The notes under the pieces are model-generated. The model ran no database searches and was not told where the DNA came from. It saw nothing but the letters and a program-made list of their open reading frames with translations. From NCBI GenBank assembly GCA_963701965.1, contig OY969695.1, positions 3,136,001 through 3,200,000 on the forward strand: a stretch of DNA of 64,000 nucleotides, in the 5' to 3' direction. Positions 59,807 through 64,000 of the stretch are shown one piece after another. This DNA comes from an uncultured Gemmatimonadales bacterium. GTDB lineage: Bacteria; Gemmatimonadota; Gemmatimonadetes; Gemmatimonadales; Gemmatimonadaceae. A program made the position numbers and the translations under genes. How positions within the stretch are numbered: position 1 is the first letter of the stretch; every line of letters starts with the position of its first letter.

Positions 59807-59854
59807 GGTCCAATGAAGATTTATCGTGATCTATCAGGAAACCTTATCGATGAA
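59807..59854 (-). promoter_or_regulatory. LysR operator/-35 between lysR and E1 alpha
   Basis: GGTCCAATGAAG.TTT.TCGTGATCTATCA-N9-ATCGATGAA is shared with 53944-53991 and overlaps the lysR ATG. Confidence 0.8.
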
Positions 59855-60746
59855 TTTCACCCACCTCCGAAGCTTCCTCGCCGTGGCGAGGGCGGGCAGC
59901 GTCACCGCGGCCGCCAGCGAGCTGCATCTGACGCAGCCATGCGTCTCGTTCCATATCAAGGCGCTGGAACAGGACCTGGGCCTCAAGCTCTTCGTCCGGG
60001 TGGGACGGCGCATCGAGCCCACCGAGGCCGCGCGGGTGGTGCTGCCGTATGCGGAAGCGATCTTCAATGTCAGCGACCGCCTGCACCGCGAAATTCGGAG
60101 TCGATCATCCCACCGGTCGGGGACTGTCCATCTGGGATCGGGGGTGTTCTTCGCGGAACACTATCTCCCCGAGATTCTTGCCACATTTCGGAAACAATTT
60201 CCGCAGGTCGGCATCCACTGCGAGACGACGCAGACCCGTGCGCTACTGCGCAAGGTCCAGAGCTTCGACTTCGACTTTGCGTTCCTTGGTGACGTGGAAG
60301 ACGACCCGCAGCTCGAGGTGGTGGACCTCGCCTATGATGAGATCGTGGTGATCGTCGCGCCCGACCACCCGTTGAGCGGCCGTGCCACGATTCCCATCGA
60401 GGAGTTGGCGAATTGGCCCCTGATCGGGTACCCGGACGGATCGGAAACCCAGGCGATCGTCGACAATCTCGTGAAGGCCGAGCGGGTCAGACCGGCCACG
60501 GTGCTGGTGTTTGCCAGCTCCGAGGGGCTGAAACGCGCGGTCGAGGCCGGCATTGGGATCGCGCTCATTCCGCGGAAGCCTGCCGCCCGCGAGCTTGCCG
60601 CGGGCTCGCTCAAGAGCCTGCGGATCCGCGGGATGTCATTGCGCCGGCGCTATACCCTGGTCGCGCATCGGGACAATCCCATGTCGGCATCGGCGAACGC
60701 CTTTCGCAACATTGTCCTCAAATGGAAGGCGCGGCAAAAAGGGTAG
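59850..60746 (+). CDS. LysR-family transcriptional regulator
   Basis: MNFTHLRSFLAVARAGSVTAAASELHLTQPCVSFHIKALEQDLG HTH plus substrate-binding domain. Confidence 0.95.
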   Translation: MNFTHLRSFLAVARAGSVTAAASELHLTQPCVSFHIKALEQDLGLKLFVRVGRRIEPTEAARVVLPYAEAIFNVSDRLHREIRSRSSHRSGTVHLGSGVFFAEHYLPEILATFRKQFPQVGIHCETTQTRALLRKVQSFDFDFAFLGDVEDDPQLEVVDLAYDEIVVIVAPDHPLSGRATIPIEELANWPLIGYPDGSETQAIVDNLVKAERVRPATVLVFASSEGLKRAVEAGIGIALIPRKPAARELAAGSLKSLRIRGMSLRRRYTLVAHRDNPMSASANAFRNIVLKWKARQKG

Positions 60747-60802
60747 ATTTCCGCTCGCAGTTGTGCGCATCGTGGGCTCCACCTCATTCAAAGAGTCGCC
60801 GC

Positions 60803-61771
60803 ATGCTGCCTTTTCTGTTGTTGGCTCTCGCGACCAAGACCGAGACGATCCGGATTCCGAGCCCCGTTTCCGGGCTCGAGTTGGCCCTGCATCACGAATA
60901 CCTCGTCGCGTCCCCAGCTCAGCCGCGACTGGTGGTGCTGTTCGCCGAAGGCAGTGCCGTTCCGACGGCCGGGAATGCGGCGTTCAAAATCGATGGCCTG
61001 TCGTGGATGGACGATCTCGCGCGACATGGCTACGACGTGTGGTCGATCGACTATCTGGGGTACGGCGCATCCAGTCGATACACGGCTCCAGGCAGCGACA
61101 GCGCGGCGGGGAATGCGGCGGCCTGCGCGGCGCAGCTCGAGCGCGCGGCTCGATTCATCATCCAGCGGCAGCACGTCCCCAAGCTGTTCGTCATTGGCGA
61201 CTCGTTCGGCACCGAGGTGGCGGGCGTGTTCGCGACGCACTCGGGCGAGCTCATCGATCGGCTGGTGCTGTTCGCTCCGGTCACTCCGCCACCGACCGAC
61301 ACGCGCGGCTTCGCGTCAGCAGATACGACGCCTGTCGCCGCGCACAACTTCGTCACGCCAGAGGACATCTGGACGGCGTACTCGAGCTGGCTACCGAAAG
61401 GTGAATACGCCGGAATCGATCACGATTCGTTCATCCATGTCTGGGGTCCCATGTACCTCGCGACCGACCCCACGAGCGGATCGCGGACGCCGCCGAGCGT
61501 CCAAGTCACGACCGGGCCCGATGCGGACGACCGGGAGATCGCCGCGGGGCGGTTCCCCTACGATCCGGCGCAGATCCGCGTGCCGACGATGATTCTCATG
61601 GGCGAATGGGACAGTATCGCGACGGAGGACGGCGCGCAGCGCTTGTTCAACGGGCTCACGCAGGCGCCGCTCAAACGACGCGTCGTCATCGGCGGCGGGA
61701 CACACATCGTTCAACTCGAGCGGCGGAGCCGGATGCAGGCGTTTGAAGAAGTGCGCGCGTTCCTGAAATGA
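60803..61771 (+). CDS. Exported alpha/beta serine hydrolase
   Basis: DYLGYGAS, GDSFG nucleophile elbow, GEWD, GTH. Confidence 0.85.
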   Translation: MLPFLLLALATKTETIRIPSPVSGLELALHHEYLVASPAQPRLVVLFAEGSAVPTAGNAAFKIDGLSWMDDLARHGYDVWSIDYLGYGASSRYTAPGSDSAAGNAAACAAQLERAARFIIQRQHVPKLFVIGDSFGTEVAGVFATHSGELIDRLVLFAPVTPPPTDTRGFASADTTPVAAHNFVTPEDIWTAYSSWLPKGEYAGIDHDSFIHVWGPMYLATDPTSGSRTPPSVQVTTGPDADDREIAAGRFPYDPAQIRVPTMILMGEWDSIATEDGAQRLFNGLTQAPLKRRVVIGGGTHIVQLERRSRMQAFEEVRAFLK

Positions 61772-62883
61772 CAGAGGCCAATATCCGCAATAGTGGAGGC
61801 GCTGCCGACGACGTGGAGACGCCGGCTGTGCTCATCGACTTGGATATCTTCGAGCGCAATCTGGACCGGATGGCCGCGTACACCAGTGCGCACCGGCTCA
61901 GCCTCCGCCCCCATGTGAAGACGCACAAAGCCCCCGCCGTCGCTCGCCAGCAGCTCGGGCGTGGCGCCGTCGGGCTCACGTGTGCGACGGTGACCGAGCT
62001 GGAGGTGATGGCCGCCGTCACCGACGATCTGTTGTTCGCCTATCCGCCCGTCGGCCCACGACGACTGCTCCGTCTCGAAGCGGTCGCCAAACGCCGACGA
62101 CTCACGGTCACCGTCGAATCCCAGGAGGCGATCGACGCGCTTGCCATGGTCGCGTGCAGCGCCAAGCAGCGCGTCCGCGTCCTCCTCGAGATCAATGTGG
62201 GGATGCACCGAACCGGTGTCGCCGGCGTGCACGAGGCCGTGGCTCTCGCGCGGTACGCGGCCGAACGGTCCGAGCTCGAGTACGCCGGCATCGCGTACTA
62301 TCCGGGCCACATCCGCCAGCATGTCCAATCGCAGGATGCGCAGTTCGAGACGCTGAATAGTCACCTCGAGACCCTTGTTGCCGCCCTCGGCACCGCCGGT
62401 TTGGCCCCGGGGATGGTGAGCGGCGGGTCGACTCCGACGGTGTGGCGGACTCACGAGCTCGCAGGAACTACCGAGATCCGGCCGGGCACGTACGTATACA
62501 ACGACGTCACGACAGCGGCGATCGGCGCGTGCGCCTGGACCGACTGCGCGGCGACGATCGTCACGACGGTGGTGAGCACCGCCGTCGGCCAGGCGGTCGT
62601 CGACGCCGGGACAAAGGCTCTGGGCCGAGAGCCGATCCGCGGCGTGGCGCAGGATGGCTTCGGGGTGGTCATCGATCACCCGGAAGTGACGGTCGCCCGC
62701 ATGTCGGAAGAACACGGCGTGCTCGATCTCGGCAGCACATCGTGGCGACCATCGATCGGCGACCGTGTGCGGATCATTCCGAACCACGTGTGCGTCGCTA
62801 TGCACCTCTACGACTCCGTCCATGCCGTGCGCGATGGGAATGTCACAGCCGTGTGGCCGGTGGCGGCGCGCGGACGGTTATGA
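61768..62883 (+). CDS. DSD1/D-threonine aldolase family PLP enzyme (alanine racemase fold)
   Basis: LRPHVKTHK, HRTG, YPGH, SGGSTP, EIRPGTYVYND, DAGTK, SEEHG, IPNHVC. ATGA-coupled to the hydrolase. Confidence 0.92.
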   Translation: MTEANIRNSGGAADDVETPAVLIDLDIFERNLDRMAAYTSAHRLSLRPHVKTHKAPAVARQQLGRGAVGLTCATVTELEVMAAVTDDLLFAYPPVGPRRLLRLEAVAKRRRLTVTVESQEAIDALAMVACSAKQRVRVLLEINVGMHRTGVAGVHEAVALARYAAERSELEYAGIAYYPGHIRQHVQSQDAQFETLNSHLETLVAALGTAGLAPGMVSGGSTPTVWRTHELAGTTEIRPGTYVYNDVTTAAIGACAWTDCAATIVTTVVSTAVGQAVVDAGTKALGREPIRGVAQDGFGVVIDHPEVTVARMSEEHGVLDLGSTSWRPSIGDRVRIIPNHVCVAMHLYDSVHAVRDGNVTAVWPVAARGRL

Positions 62884-62889
62884 AAGGGG

Positions 62890-63675
62890 TTAGAGACGAA
62901 ATCGCCAGACCGCGCTGCCCGTCATGGGATCGCTCACGCGATGGGAGCGGACGGCGAACACGCGGTCGATGAGTTCTGGCGTGAGGGCGTCGGCGTGCTC
63001 GGCCTCGGCGGCGACGCGGCCCTCGTGCAGTACGAGGAAATGATCGCCGTAGTCGCAGGCGACGTTGATGTCGTGCAGAATCGCGATCACCGTGCAGTTG
63101 TGCTGGAGGAGATCGCGGGCGACGTTCAGGATCTGGATCTGATAGTGCACGTCCAGGCTCGACGTGGGCTCGTCCAGGAACAGGTAGCGATGCTGGGCGG
63201 CATCGTCGTAGTTCCAGATCTGGGCCAACACGCGGGCGAGTTGCGCCTTCTGGCGCTCGCCCGCGGAAAGTGTCGGGTAGGGCTGGTCGCGCTTGGGCGA
63301 GAGGTCGACGAGATCCAGCGCGCGGTCGACGATCGCCAGATCGGCGGGGGTGGGGACGCGACCATAGTAGGGGTAGCGGCCCATGAGCGCGACGTCGCGG
63401 ACCGTCAGGGGAAACGCGAGGTCCACGCTCTGGGAGAGCACGGCCCGGCGGCGGGCGAGCGTCTCGGGCGGGATCGTCGACAGACGGGTCTCGCCGTAGC
63501 GCACGTCGCCCGTCGCCGGCTGGAGCAAGCCCGTGGCCAGCTTGAGCAACGTCGACTTGCCCGCGCCGTTGGGACCCAGGATCACGTTGAAGGCCTGCGG
63601 GCGAAATCGCGCCGACACGCCATCGATGATCCGGACCGCGCCCGCGTCGTAGGCGAGGTTCCGGATCTCGATCAC
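62890..63675 (-). CDS. hmuV: Haem/iron-siderophore ABC transporter ATPase, HmuV-like
   Basis: GPNGAGKST, LARRRAVLSQ, LSAGERQKAQLARVLAQ, LDEPTSSLD. Confidence 0.85.
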   Translation of the reverse strand: MIEIRNLAYDAGAVRIIDGVSARFRPQAFNVILGPNGAGKSTLLKLATGLLQPATGDVRYGETRLSTIPPETLARRRAVLSQSVDLAFPLTVRDVALMGRYPYYGRVPTPADLAIVDRALDLVDLSPKRDQPYPTLSAGERQKAQLARVLAQIWNYDDAAQHRYLFLDEPTSSLDVHYQIQILNVARDLLQHNCTVIAILHDINVACDYGDHFLVLHEGRVAAEAEHADALTPELIDRVFAVRSHRVSDPMTGSAVWRFRL

Positions 63676-64000
63676 GAGAGCGTGCCCAGGCGACTCCGCT
63701 GGTGGAGCAGGATCGACAGGAACACCGGTGCGCCGACCGCCGCCGTGATGATGCCGATCGGGAGCTCCGCCGGTCGCACGATGACGCGGGCCACGATGTC
63801 GACGAGCGTCATGAAGAGCGCGCCCAGGAGTGCCGAGGCGGGCAACAGAAACGTGTAGTCGGCGGACTTGAGGAGCCGCAGGATGTGCGGCACGATGAGG
63901 CCGACGAACGCGATCACCCCGACCATTGCCGTCGCCACCGCGACCATCAGCGTGTTCACGATCAAGAGCCGCCAGACCAACGCCTGCGGGTCGATCCCCA
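63672..64000 (-). CDS. FecCD/HmuU family permease, 3' part (runs off window end)
   Basis: GVIAFVGLIVPH, ELPIGIITAAVGAPVF. Confidence 0.9.
   Translation of the reverse strand, partial: GIDPQALVWRLLIVNTLMVAVATAMVGVIAFVGLIVPHILRLLKSADYTFLLPASALLGALFMTLVDIVARVIVRPAELPIGIITAAVGAPVFLSILLHQRSRLGTLS

Noticed and set aside
1..64000. CRISPR array, tRNA/rRNA, riboswitch, prophage
   Set aside because: No regularly spaced repeats, RNA-gene signatures or phage structural genes seen by eye. An Rfam/Infernal scan of intergenic gaps (8820-9200, 42240-42530) was not possible.

Overview
A GC-rich bacterial window. Two ADOP-type ABC permeases, a SusC/SusD pair and many signal-peptide proteins suggest a Gemmatimonadota/Acidobacteriota-like genome (inference). 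It is a gene-dense accessory mosaic in which I found no rRNA, tRNA or CRISPR array. Left end: a dead IS21-family element truncating a LanFE/BcrAB-like ABC permease, an IS5 remnant, an ATPase-DUF234 nuclease behind an operator-covered promoter, a PLP decarboxylase plus CGNR regulator, and orphan soxCD. Middle: two orphan half-Hcp (T6SS tube-like) genes, one fused to half of a GlcG/HbpS haem-binding domain; a GlxA-type AraC mini-regulon; vapBC; a MocR-DoxX-LysE cassette between 139-bp direct repeats; LytS/LytTR, MocR, ArsR-SRPBCC, an amidase, a double hybrid kinase and surface lipoproteins. Right end: a ~13.5-kb LysR locus in which one 48-bp operator/promoter (40/48 identical) precedes both susCD and an E1alpha/E1beta-FAD oxidase-YkvI operon, next to a phosphodiesterase, a hydrolase and a D-threonine-aldolase-family enzyme. 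This looks like a PUL-style locus for a non-sugar, amino-acid/amine-type substrate. At least nine genes carry small frameshifts, three of them the same CATCT>CATTCT insertion, so many apparent pseudogenes may be long-read consensus errors. All product calls come from motif recognition; no database search was run.
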